Below are positions 10,466-21,300 of a stretch of DNA of 64,000 bases, piece by piece. A program made the translations under genes and the position numbers. The stretch is from assembly GCA_947632085.1 (NCBI GenBank), contig CANRNY010000005.1, positions 12,873 through 76,872 of the forward strand. Reading direction: 5' to 3'. Position 1 is the stretch's first letter. Each line of letters begins with the position of its first letter. A model generated the notes under the pieces. The model made no database searches. It had not been told where the DNA came from and saw only the letters and a program-made list of their open reading frames with translations. Source of the stretch: an uncultured Bacilli bacterium. GTDB taxonomy: Bacteria; Bacillota_I; Bacilli_A; RF39; UBA660.

Positions 10466-11500
10466 ATGTCATTACAGGGATTAATAAATAAGTTTTTAAT
10501 TATAACTGGTTATGATAAAGATAAAAGTGTATTAGCGATTATTTTTCACGGAAGTAGAGTTCAAGGTAGTGAAAGACCTAATAGTGATTTAGATGTTATT
10601 GTAATAAGTAAAAAAGGTAATAACTATAAAAAAGGATTTGCAATTGATGGAATAAGAGTAGATTGTCATATATATTCAATTAATGATATTTATGATTTGG
10701 CTGATATTAAAAAAGAAAGTAATAATATATTTTTAGAGTGTGTATTAAATAAAGGTTTAGTAGTTAAAGATGTTGATGATACAATTGCATTGATAAAAAA
10801 TTATATTGAAAATATTGAAGTAAAGAAACAAGGGAAAAGATTTATTCCAAGATATGTATTAGAAGATATTAGAGATTTATATAGTAACTTTATAAATAAG
10901 AAGGAAGATAATGAATTTTACTATTATAATTTGTTAGAAAAGATAAGAATTGCTTTTAATTATTTATATGGTTGTTCTTATTTAGGAACATCTAAAGTAT
11001 ATGAAGTTTTTAAACGTCCAGCTTATTTTCATGATAAGTATTTAATTAAATTACCAAACCATAACTTTATTGATTTATATTTAAAAGCGATAGAAGCTAA
11101 AGAAGAAGAGCGAATAGAACTTATAAAAAAACTAATTAGTTTATTACATATTAAACTTGGGGATATAGAAACATCTAATTATTATGGAAGAAATGTATAT
11201 TATTCAAAAGATCGAATAGATGATGATATGTTAGTATTACATAATAAACTATTAAAGACAATTGATTTATTATTAATTAAACATCCATATAGTAAGATGA
11301 TGTATGCTATTTTATTACAGAGTATGTATAGTTATTATTATCAAATATATTATGATATAAATTATCAATTAGAAGAACTATATAATAGAGGAAAAAATGA
11401 AAAAGATAATAATAAAAGAATAGAAATAATAAAAGATATATTTGGTATTTTAAGTAAAGATTATTTTATAGATTATGATAATTATTTAATTAGATTATAA
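10466..11500 (+). CDS. Pol-beta-family nucleotidyltransferase with helical C-terminal domains
   Basis: hhGSRVQG...SDLDV motif and third Asp in RVD. Confidence 0.8.
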   Translation: MSLQGLINKFLIITGYDKDKSVLAIIFHGSRVQGSERPNSDLDVIVISKKGNNYKKGFAIDGIRVDCHIYSINDIYDLADIKKESNNIFLECVLNKGLVVKDVDDTIALIKNYIENIEVKKQGKRFIPRYVLEDIRDLYSNFINKKEDNEFYYYNLLEKIRIAFNYLYGCSYLGTSKVYEVFKRPAYFHDKYLIKLPNHNFIDLYLKAIEAKEEERIELIKKLISLLHIKLGDIETSNYYGRNVYYSKDRIDDDMLVLHNKLLKTIDLLLIKHPYSKMMYAILLQSMYSYYYQIYYDINYQLEELYNRGKNEKDNNKRIEIIKDIFGILSKDYFIDYDNYLIRL

Positions 11501-11542
11501 CTTGTAAATTAAGATATGGTACAATAATAATAGGTGATACTT

Positions 11543-12178
11543 ATGGAAGTGCAACTAGGAGAATATATATTTAATTTAGAAATTGAAAAAAAGAATAATA
11601 AAAATGTTTATTTTAGATTTAAAGATAATAATACTTTATATGTTACTTGTAATAGATTTATAAGTACTAAAGAAGTATTAAAGTTAATAAAACAGAATGA
11701 AAAATCTTTACTTAAAATGTATAAAAGTTATCAAATAAGAGAAGAAAATAATAAGGGATTTAATTATTTAGGAGAATCTTATACCATTGTTTATGATGAG
11801 AGTTTTAAAGAATTAAAGATTGAAGATAATATGGTATATGTAAAAAATGAAAAAGAATTAAATAAATGGTTAAAAAGGGAATGTGAAAGAATATTTCAAG
11901 AAAGAATAAAATTAATATTAAATAATTTTAGTAATATACCACCATTTAAGTTAAGAATTAGAAAAATGAAAACAAGATGGGGAGTTAATAATGTAACTAA
12001 GAAAATAATAACTTTAAATAGTGAATTAATAAAAAAAGATATTACATTAATTGACTATGTTATTATTCATGAATTATGTCATTTTTATGAAGCTAATCAT
12101 AGTAAGAAATTTTGGTTAGAAGTTGAAAAGAGATATCCGTATTATAAGTTAGCAAGAAAAAGATTGAGAGTTGAATAA
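11543..12178 (+). CDS. YgjP/DUF45 (M48/SprT-like) zinc metallohydrolase
   Basis: MKTRWG, IDYVIIHELCH...NHSKKFW motifs. Confidence 0.9.
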   Translation: MEVQLGEYIFNLEIEKKNNKNVYFRFKDNNTLYVTCNRFISTKEVLKLIKQNEKSLLKMYKSYQIREENNKGFNYLGESYTIVYDESFKELKIEDNMVYVKNEKELNKWLKRECERIFQERIKLILNNFSNIPPFKLRIRKMKTRWGVNNVTKKIITLNSELIKKDITLIDYVIIHELCHFYEANHSKKFWLEVEKRYPYYKLARKRLRVE

Positions 12179-12908
12179 AATGGAAGTAATAAGTTCATTA
12201 GATAATAAAAAAATAAAGAATTATAGTAAATTATTACAGAAGAAATATCGTGATATAGATAATTTATTTATTGTCGAAGGAGAACATTTAGTAAAGGAAG
12301 CTTATACATCTAATGTATTAGTAGAAGTTATTATGTGTGAAGATTATGAAGTAGATATAGATGTACCTATTACTTATGTAACATATGAAGTTATTAAGAA
12401 GTTAAGTAATACATTAAATCCGCAAAGAATAATGGGAATATGTAAAAAAGTAGATAGAAAAGAAATAGGTAATAAAGTATTAATTTTAGATGATATACAA
12501 GATCCAGGTAATTTAGGGACAATTATACGTAGTAGTGTCGCATTTAATATAGAGACAATTATTTTATCTAATAATAGTGTTGATGTTTATAATGATAAAG
12601 TAATTAGAGCTAGTGAAGGGATGTTTTTTAAGATTAATATTATAAGAGATGATATCGTTAAGATAATAAATGAATTAAAAGATAATGATTATATGATATA
12701 TGGTACAAAAGTAGATAATGGTGAAGATATAAATAAAATAAGAGCTCCTTTTAAGTACGCATTAGTAATGGGAAATGAAGGAGCTGGAGTAAGTGATAAA
12801 GTACTTAGTTTATGTGATAAATACTTATATATTCCAATGAATAGTAATTGTGAGAGTTTAAATGTAGGAGTTGCAACAAGTATTATATTATTTTGTTTAA
12901 ATAAATAG
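12171..12908 (+). CDS. TrmH/SpoU family RNA methyltransferase
   Basis: IQDPGNLGTIIRS, GNEGAG, IPM...ESLNV motifs. Confidence 0.95.
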   Translation: MNKMEVISSLDNKKIKNYSKLLQKKYRDIDNLFIVEGEHLVKEAYTSNVLVEVIMCEDYEVDIDVPITYVTYEVIKKLSNTLNPQRIMGICKKVDRKEIGNKVLILDDIQDPGNLGTIIRSSVAFNIETIILSNNSVDVYNDKVIRASEGMFFKINIIRDDIVKIINELKDNDYMIYGTKVDNGEDINKIRAPFKYALVMGNEGAGVSDKVLSLCDKYLYIPMNSNCESLNVGVATSIILFCLNK

Positions 12909-12917
12909 AGGTGTGAT

Positions 12918-13409
12918 ATGGATTATATATTAATAGGTAAAATAGTTAATACTCATGGAATTAAAGGAGAACTTAGAATAAAAAGTAACTTTTTAATGAA
13001 AGATAAAGTCTTTAAAAAAGGATTTGCTTTATATATAGGTGAAGGTTATGTTAAAGAGATAATTAATACTTATCGTGTTCATAAAGACTTTGATATGGTT
13101 ACTTTTGAAGGGTATGATAATATTAATCAAGTTCTTAATTATTTAAAGATGAATGTTTATGTAAAAAAAGATGATATTAAATTAGAAGATAATGAATATA
13201 TATTAGAAGAATTAGTAGGATATGAGGTTAGAGAAAATGGGGAAGTACTTGGTAAAGTAAAAGATATTGTGTATAATGGTAGTAATATACTTCTATTAGT
13301 AGAGGCAATTAAAAATTTTTATATTCCTAATAATCCTAATTTTATAAAAAAAGTTAAAAATGAGGAAAAGATAATAGAAGTAGAAAATGCTAAAGGATTG
13401 ATATTATGA
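12918..13409 (+). CDS. rimM: ribosome maturation factor RimM
   Basis: IGKIVNTHGIKGEL; directly upstream of trmD. Confidence 0.95.
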   Translation: MDYILIGKIVNTHGIKGELRIKSNFLMKDKVFKKGFALYIGEGYVKEIINTYRVHKDFDMVTFEGYDNINQVLNYLKMNVYVKKDDIKLEDNEYILEELVGYEVRENGEVLGKVKDIVYNGSNILLLVEAIKNFYIPNNPNFIKKVKNEEKIIEVENAKGLIL

Positions 13410-14071
13410 GAATAGATATCTTAACTTTATTTCCTAATATGTTTGAAGGATTCTTAAATGAATCAATTATTAAAAGGGCAATTGCAAAAGAAAGTGTTAT
13501 AATAAAGATAGTTGATTTTAGAAAGTATTCGAAACTTTCTAATAATCAAGTTGATGATACACCTTACGGTGGTGGAGGTGGAATGGTTCTAAGAATAGAA
13601 CCAATATATGATGCTGTAATGGACATAAAAAAAGAAGATAAAGATGCTAAGGTTATATTAATGACACCTGATGGAATACCTTATAAACAAGAGATGGCAG
13701 TTAGTTTAAAAGATGAAAAACACTTAGTCTTTATTTGTGGACATTATGAAGGATTTGATGAAAGAATAAGAAGTCTTTGTGATATGGAGATAAGTATTGG
13801 GGATTATGTATTAACAGGTGGAGAATTACCAGCAATGGTTATTAGTGATAGTATTATAAGATTATTAGATGGAGTCATTACAGATACTAGTTTAGTAGAT
13901 GAATCATTTAATGATAAATTACTTGATTATCCAACTTATACAAAACCGCAAGAATTTAGGGGAATGAAAGTTCCAGATATATTACTTAGTGGGGATCATG
14001 CAAAAATAAAGGCATGGCGTGAAGAGAAAAGAATAGAAAAAACAAAAGAGCGTCGACCAGATTTAATGTAG
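13406..14071 (+). CDS. trmD: tRNA (guanine37-N1) methyltransferase
   Basis: VDDTPYGGGGGMV, CGHYEGFDER, SIGDYVLTGGE. Confidence 0.99.
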   Translation: MRIDILTLFPNMFEGFLNESIIKRAIAKESVIIKIVDFRKYSKLSNNQVDDTPYGGGGGMVLRIEPIYDAVMDIKKEDKDAKVILMTPDGIPYKQEMAVSLKDEKHLVFICGHYEGFDERIRSLCDMEISIGDYVLTGGELPAMVISDSIIRLLDGVITDTSLVDESFNDKLLDYPTYTKPQEFRGMKVPDILLSGDHAKIKAWREEKRIEKTKERRPDLM

Positions 14072-14088
14072 TTTAAGAAGGTGATTAA

Positions 14089-14538
14089 ATGGCAAGTTAC
14101 TTGATTAATAAAAGACATCATGATGAAAGTATACTTTCAATGAATGATGTGGAAGGTTATGTCTTTAAACCTAAAACAAAGAGTGATAGCTATATTAAAG
14201 TAAAAGAAGTTAAAATAGTTGATCCGAAAATGATTGATAAAATTTTAACAATGAAATTTGATAAGTTATTTAAACAAGTAGTTGCCATGGCTTTAACCGT
14301 TATAAATGATGATGATGCAACAGATGATGATGCTGAAATAGTATTAGATGAAGTTGAACTTGTAAGAGAAATACTACTTAATAGATATCAGAAATTCTTA
14401 AACTATGAAAAAGAACAATTATTTTTAAAAAAATTAAGATTAATAGAAAATGAAATGCGTGTTAAACAAGTTAAGATTAAACAAAAAGCATTATATTTAG
14501 AACAAATGGAAGAAAAGACGATTGGTCGTAGTAGATAA
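14089..14538 (+). CDS. hypothetical protein (helical/coiled-coil C-terminus)
   Basis: ORF with AAGGTG RBS, co-oriented after trmD. Confidence 0.7.
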   Translation: MASYLINKRHHDESILSMNDVEGYVFKPKTKSDSYIKVKEVKIVDPKMIDKILTMKFDKLFKQVVAMALTVINDDDATDDDAEIVLDEVELVREILLNRYQKFLNYEKEQLFLKKLRLIENEMRVKQVKIKQKALYLEQMEEKTIGRSR

Positions 14539-14708
14539 GAATATTTACAATAGAAATGTAAATAGAAACTTATATTATGTACAATTTATAGCAAATTATG
14601 ATAAATGTTTTGTCAAAATGATAAAGAAACAAGTAATTTATTGTTAAATAGACAAGATTTTACATAGAATATAAATCTTGATAAATTTGAACAAATAGTG
14701 ATAAATCC

Positions 14709-14737
14709 TTGCATATTTATCTTTTTTTTGCTATAAT
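14709..14737 (+). promoter_or_regulatory. sigma-A promoter of rplS
   Basis: TTGCAT-17 nt-TATAAT with TG extension. Confidence 0.75.
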
Positions 14738-14750
14738 CGTAAGTGCTTCA

Positions 14751-14792
14751 AGGAAGAAAATCCGCTGAATACTTAGATTTATGATTTTCCGG
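14751..14792 (+). ncRNA. L19 leader-like cis-regulatory RNA
   Basis: GGAAGAAAAT-CCGCTG...ATGA-TTTTCC stem containing the CCGCUG/AUGA signature, between promoter and rplS. Confidence 0.55.
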
Positions 14793-14824
14793 TAAGTAAA
14801 TATAGTATGAAAGGATGTTTGAAA

Positions 14825-15166
14825 ATGGCTAATTTAGTAGACAAAATTAATGAGAAGCATGTAAGAAAAGACATTCCTGAATTCCGTGTTGGAGATACTG
14901 TAAGAGTAGATGTATGGGTAAAAGAAGGTAAAAAAGAAAGAATCCAAGCTTTTGAAGGCTTAGTAGTTGCTAAAAAAGGTGGAAGCGTTTCTGAAACTTT
15001 CTCTGTACGTAAGAAATCTTATGGTATTGGAGTAACAAGAGTTTTCCCAGTTAACTCACCAGCTATTGATAAAATAGTAGTAGTTAAGAAGGGTGTTGTA
15101 AGAAGAGCTAAATTAAACTTCTTAAAAGGAATGAGAAAAGAATACAAGGTAAAAGAAAGAAATTAA
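14825..15166 (+). CDS. rplS: 50S ribosomal protein L19
   Basis: PEFRVGDTVRV, ERIQAFEG, GVVRRAKL; start at MANL. Confidence 0.99.
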   Translation: MANLVDKINEKHVRKDIPEFRVGDTVRVDVWVKEGKKERIQAFEGLVVAKKGGSVSETFSVRKKSYGIGVTRVFPVNSPAIDKIVVVKKGVVRRAKLNFLKGMRKEYKVKERN

Positions 15167-15382
15167 TCTTTCTTTTTCTTTTGGTTAAAATTTAAGGAAT
15201 TATTTTTTTGGTAAAATAATATAATTTTTATATATATTTTTGATTTTTGACTTATTATATATAATTATTATAAAAAAATTTTAAAAAAATAGCTAAAGTA
15301 AATAAAAAAATATTGACAAATTTTCTTCAAAAAAATATTATAGAAATTGTAAAAAAAAGAAAGGAAAGTGGAGAGATTATAT

Positions 15383-18300
15383 ATGAAGAAAATATATAAT
15401 AAAATTAAATGCAAGTATCCATTATTAGCAATTGCTATAACATTGCTCCTTATAGTAGTTGTTAGTTATGGTACTGTAAAATTATTTTCAGTAGCAACTA
15501 AAAATGATTTGTTAGCTGTTAATTCAAATTATAATCGTATAGCTGATCCAAATACAATGGATGACTATATAAACGTTTTAAATTTGAAAGAAAATTCACG
15601 TAATGCTGGTCGTGTTTGGTCAGATAAGACTGTATTTGCAGCAGGTAGTACATTACAATTAGATTTTGCTACAGATGGTCTTAATACTACTGTTAAAACA
15701 GATACAGACTTCTTACATGTCTTTTCAACGATTGGTTCTAGTCAAGTTGTTAATGAAGTAGCAACAAAACCATTAGACGTTGTTTTGTTACTTGATATAT
15801 CATCTTCTATGACTAATTCTTTGAATACGGATCAACCTGTAGGTTCTCGTGATATGGATCCGAATGATTCATTACATAAAGTAATAAAAGAAGCTAATTT
15901 ATTAATTTCACAATTAATGGGTGATAGTGAGATTACTGTTCATAAAGATAATCGTGTAGGTGTAGTAGTATATGGTGGTGGAACTCAAGAAGCATTACCA
16001 TTAAAACACTATGAGTCTTTGAATAGTAATAATACATATATCCAGGTTGGAACAACAAAAGTTGATCGTGCAGGTGATGGTGGTGGATATTTTCCAACAA
16101 TTGAAACCGTTGCTAAAGCCGATGGCTTTACTAATAAGACAACTCAAACTATGATTGCCGATTCTACTTATCTACAAGGAGCTTTATATCAAGGTATGAA
16201 AATGTTGTCTGATTCTACAATTACAAATAAGGAAAATCGAACTCCTGTTTTAATTGTTTTAACTGATGGTGCAACAAATATTGTTAGTGCAACAAAAACA
16301 AGCCTTGATGGAAATACATCATATAATTGGTGGGAGCCTTTTAATGGAATAATCAAAACGGATGGTGGTGCTCAATATACTAGTGCCGGTATTAACCCAC
16401 TTTATGTATCTTGTAATAATAACACAGATAATGCGGATAAAGATGATCAAAATAAAAAACAAGAAGTACAAGCAATTTCAACAAGAAATGTTTCTAATTT
16501 ATTATTAGCAGGATACTATCAAAAGATTATTAAAGATCATTACAATAATGATATGATTGGTTTCTCAATTGGATATAATGTTGGTGGTGTTGGAAATTAT
16601 TCAACAGAACAACTTTTGGGTACCTTATATCCAAGTGCATATTTTGATGAAAATAAGCGAGATTTTACTAATAAAAAATATGCTAAAGATGAAATTGATG
16701 CGACACGTAAAGCGTTAGAAGAATATTTTAAAGGTACTGATGCTAGTATGCGTTTTCCAAGGGAAGGAACTTATAAATGGTTGAGTAAGGATTATTCTGC
16801 AGACTTTACCTTTAAACATCCTAAAGATGAAGAACATGATTTAACGGAATTAGCAGATGTATATTATATAGATAAATATTATACTGCTGAGTCAGATAAC
16901 ATTAGCGATATCTTTGGTGAAATCTTAGAACAAATTACAGGAACTACATTTAGTCCTGTTGGTGGAGAAAATGCTTCAGGTGTGTCTGATTCACTTACAT
17001 ATATGGATCCAATTGGTGAATATATGGAAATAAAAGATAAAAGTATTACTCTAGAAGATGGTCAGAAATATGATTTAGGTTTAAGCTTTTTTGGCAAAAT
17101 GCATGGTTTAGTTAAAACTGCAATTTATGATTTCCAATGGAACGATACATATATGAAGAACAGAAATAATGGTACAGGTGGACAATTATTTGCTGCCGGA
17201 TGGTATAAAGGAACACCAGAAGCAACTAATACTTCTTCAGGAAATGATTCTGTAGAATCTGAAACAGTTAAAGCTCTTCCAGAGGGATGTGATAATGCTG
17301 CTCAAGCCTGGGAAAAAGGATGGGTTTATCGTATTCCTTGGAGTACTGCCGTTCAATATGTACCAACTCTTAAAGCTGATACATTTGATGATATAACTGA
17401 TACCCAAAAAAATACCGTTTATACAATTTATCGTTTTGATAAAAATATAACTGATAATATAATAGAAGATACAGATTATAGAAATACTAAACGTCTTAAT
17501 CCTTGTTATGAAAAGAGTTCTGATGTTACATATCTTCTTAGTGATATTCGTATATGGGTAGAAGATACAGGAAATTATCAAGATACTTCTGATGGTAGTG
17601 CGATTGATTTAGGTTTTGATGAAGCGATATATGTTGATATTCCTGTTTCGGCATTACCAATTCAAAAAGCTACAATTACATTAGATGCTGATGGAAATGT
17701 TACTAAATATGAAACTAATTTAGATGACAAAACACAATCAACACCTTTTAGATTATTCTATGGAGTAGGTGTTCAAGATAAAATAATGTCAGATGATGGT
17801 TTAGATATTGATGCTACTAAATTAAGTCCTGAATATATTCAAAAACATAGTCAGAAATCTAGTAATGGATTAGATAATGAGATTTTCTTCTTATCGAATT
17901 ATTATAGTAATACACCTTATAAAGGATATATAACAGGAACTCGTGATTCTTATACAAGAGGTGATCCTAACTTCACATTCTCTCCATCAACGGAAAATCG
18001 TTATTATGTATTCCAAAAACCTTTAATCTTATATAAGTATGATGGAACTCCAAAGGATAATTATGAAGAAAAGGCTTTAAATGAAGATGAATATAAAAAT
18101 TTCATAGTTGCTAATAAAAATAAAGAAGTAACTAATGGTACAGATATTAAAAAAGATTCTTATTATTGGATTGTTGGTGAATATTATACAAGTGATAATA
18201 AATTAGTTCATCTTGCCGTTACACGTAGTGGTGGTGAGTTTGGCTCAGAGATAGCTGGTACAGATGTTACTTATAGTGATTATCTAGTTTGGTATAATCC

Positions 18301-21300
18301 AAGTAATGGTGATACCCAAACGTTTACTAGTAATGGAGAACGTCCAGGTGAAAATTACGTTGTAGCTACTAAAGTTGGTGGTTTACGTATTGGTAATATG
18401 TTAAATGGTAGAAGACAAAAAAGTAATAATACAACAAGCACAGCTTATAACTATTACATACCAACTGTAAGTGAACAATCAGGTAAGGATAATATCATTA
18501 TTAATGGTTATTTAGGTAATAATGGTAAGTTAGTAATACCTAATACGACATTAGAAATTACTAAAGAAGTTGAATCAATTTTTGGTAATGATTATAGTAA
18601 AGAAGAATTTAATTATGAATTATATATTGCAGGCCGTGTTGGTGACTTTAATGCTGTTAAGATGATTCGTAGTCCTTTTACTGATCGTTGGCAATTAAGA
18701 ATTGATTCAATAGATGTTATTACAAATAATGTTGGTTTATTACAATTAGTAGAAACTAGTGAAAATGATGAAGATGAAGATGTAGGACATAGTCATTCTT
18801 TATATGAAGTAACAATTAGTGGAACTAAATATTATGTTTATGTTGGTGGTGACGGAACTGATGGTCCTTCTACTATTGCTTTAGATGGAATTGAAAGTGA
18901 AGAAGATCCTTACTCATTCCGTTTATATGATGCTAGTGATACTAATTATGAAACACTAAAAGGAGTAGGAAGAACTAATTATGTAACTAATCCAGATGAT
19001 TATACTGATAGTGATAATATTAAGAGTGATAATATTAAGTATGCTGAAGCAACTGATGATAAACCAGCTGGTACGATTGAATTCTGGATTAAAGATGCAT
19101 ATTTAATTCCTACTAGTAAAGTTGATAATCAAGAATGGAGTTTCGATAAATCAGATGGTTATGATAAAATTAAAACACCAATTGTTATATCAACTTTGGA
19201 TCCATATAAACATGGTAAAGATCAATTAACATCAACTTTTGCAACAAATTCAGCTTTTGGAACAACAAAATTATATTTTGGTTATGGTGAGGATCCAAAA
19301 GGAAGCGGAATTTCAAAACCTGATGATATGACTCCTGCTGATTGGGCTTGGTTAATAGATCCTAAAAACAAAAATAAAACTAAATTTACCTTAAAAGATG
19401 GTGAAGGAATATTCTTAGCTGGTTTACCAGAATCAACACAATATAGAATTTATGAAATGATAACTCCAGAACAAGCTGCTAATGGATATGATTTCGGTTA
19501 TATTTATGGAGCAAATGGTAGAGAACAAAAATATAATACTCAAGCTGATGATGGTGTTTATTCACAAGGTAGTAGTGGATATAGTGGTCAAAGAGATCTT
19601 CATATTGTTAATACTTATCGTGCTCATTATGATTTAACATTAGATAAAACTGTATTAGGTTCTAATGGTGATAGTGATAAGGAATGGAACTTTAATATTA
19701 AGTTAACTCCACCTAAAGATGAAAATGGTGTAGATGAAGAACTTGAAAAAGATTATCAATATTATGGACCTTGTGAAGAAATTGATAATGCTTGTATAGC
19801 AAATGGAACAAAAACTGTATCATTTACTAAAAATGAAGATGGTACTTATACAGGAAAAGTTTCATTAAAAGATAATCAAAAAATTAAAATTATTAATATA
19901 TTATCTAATACTACTTATGAAATAACTGAAGATGAAGCTAACCAAGATGGTTATGAATCATTCTTTAAAGATGGTAAAGATTATTCTAAAGATAGTGAAG
20001 GAAAAGCTAGTGGTAAAGGAACATTCGATAGTGATCAACAAGTTGGTATGATAAATGCTAACTGGAAGAGATATGATTTAACTCTTAAAAAGACTGTCTT
20101 AGGTTCTGGTGGTAGTAAGACAAGAGACTTTACATTTAAGGTAACTTTAACACCAAAACCTAATAGTAATGTTCATATAGCTGAATCATATAGTTATGAT
20201 GGTTCTAAATCTGGAGAGATGGAATTTAAAGATAATGAAGATGGTTCATATACTGGTACTATTAAGTTAAAAGATAGTGAATCTGTTACGATTAAGGGTA
20301 TACCTGAAAATGTTGATTATAAAGTAGTAGAAGTTGAAGCTAATAAAAATGGTTATGTTACAACTATTCCTGATAATGCAGAAGGTACTTTAGATGATGA
20401 AAATCAAACTAATCCAACTGTTGAAGTACATTTTATAAATGGTAAATATGAACTTCATGATTTAACAATTGAAAAGGTTGTAAGAGGGGCAGATGGAGAT
20501 ACAACTAAAGATTGGAAATTTAAAGTAACATTAGAGCCAGGAGCAGGTATTATCATAAAAAATAAATATGATTATGAAGGTTCAAGCTTTGTAAAAGGTG
20601 TAGTTGCTCCAGAAGATGGTGAAATAGAATTTACTGATAATGGTAATGGAGCTTATACAGCAATTGTTACTTTAAAACATGGTCAAGCTATAACGATTAA
20701 GGGTATTCCAGAAAATACTAAATATACGGTTGAAGAAGTAGATGTAAATACTAATGAATATACAGTAAGTGACTCTGGAAATACTGAAGGAACTGTTAAT
20801 GATCAACATGTAAGATTTACTAATAAGAAGTTAGCGTTAGTTAGTTTATCTGTTTCTAAGGAAGTTAAAGGTGAAAGTGCTAATTTAGATTTAGATTGGG
20901 AGTTTGAAATAACTTTAATTCCTGGAGCAGCTGATTTAAATACTAGTTATGAATATGAAAAGAGTATAGTAGGAGTAGATACTAAAGAAAAAGGTACAAT
21001 TACTTTTACAGAAAATAATGATGGTACTTATACTGGTAAAGTTACTTTGAAACATGGTCAAGTAGTTACTATTCAGGGAATTCCTGAAACAACTAAATAT
21101 ATAGTTAAAGAGTTAGGTGCTAATACTGAAGGTTACTTTACTAGTTCAACAAATAATAAAACAGGTATTTTAGGAAATACAGATACTAAAGTTGATTTTG
21201 TCAATGAATTACTTCCAAATAGTTCTTTAACAATTGCTAAAGAAGTATTAGGTAGTGCTGGTGATCCAGATAAAGATTGGACTTTCCAAATTGAGTTAAC

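Noticed and set aside
15313-15341. A7 tract in the adhesin promoter spacer (also A/T runs in the sortase and rplS promoters) as a phase-variation switch
   Set aside because: Runs of 7-8 A/T are ubiquitous in this AT-rich DNA, including at housekeeping promoters
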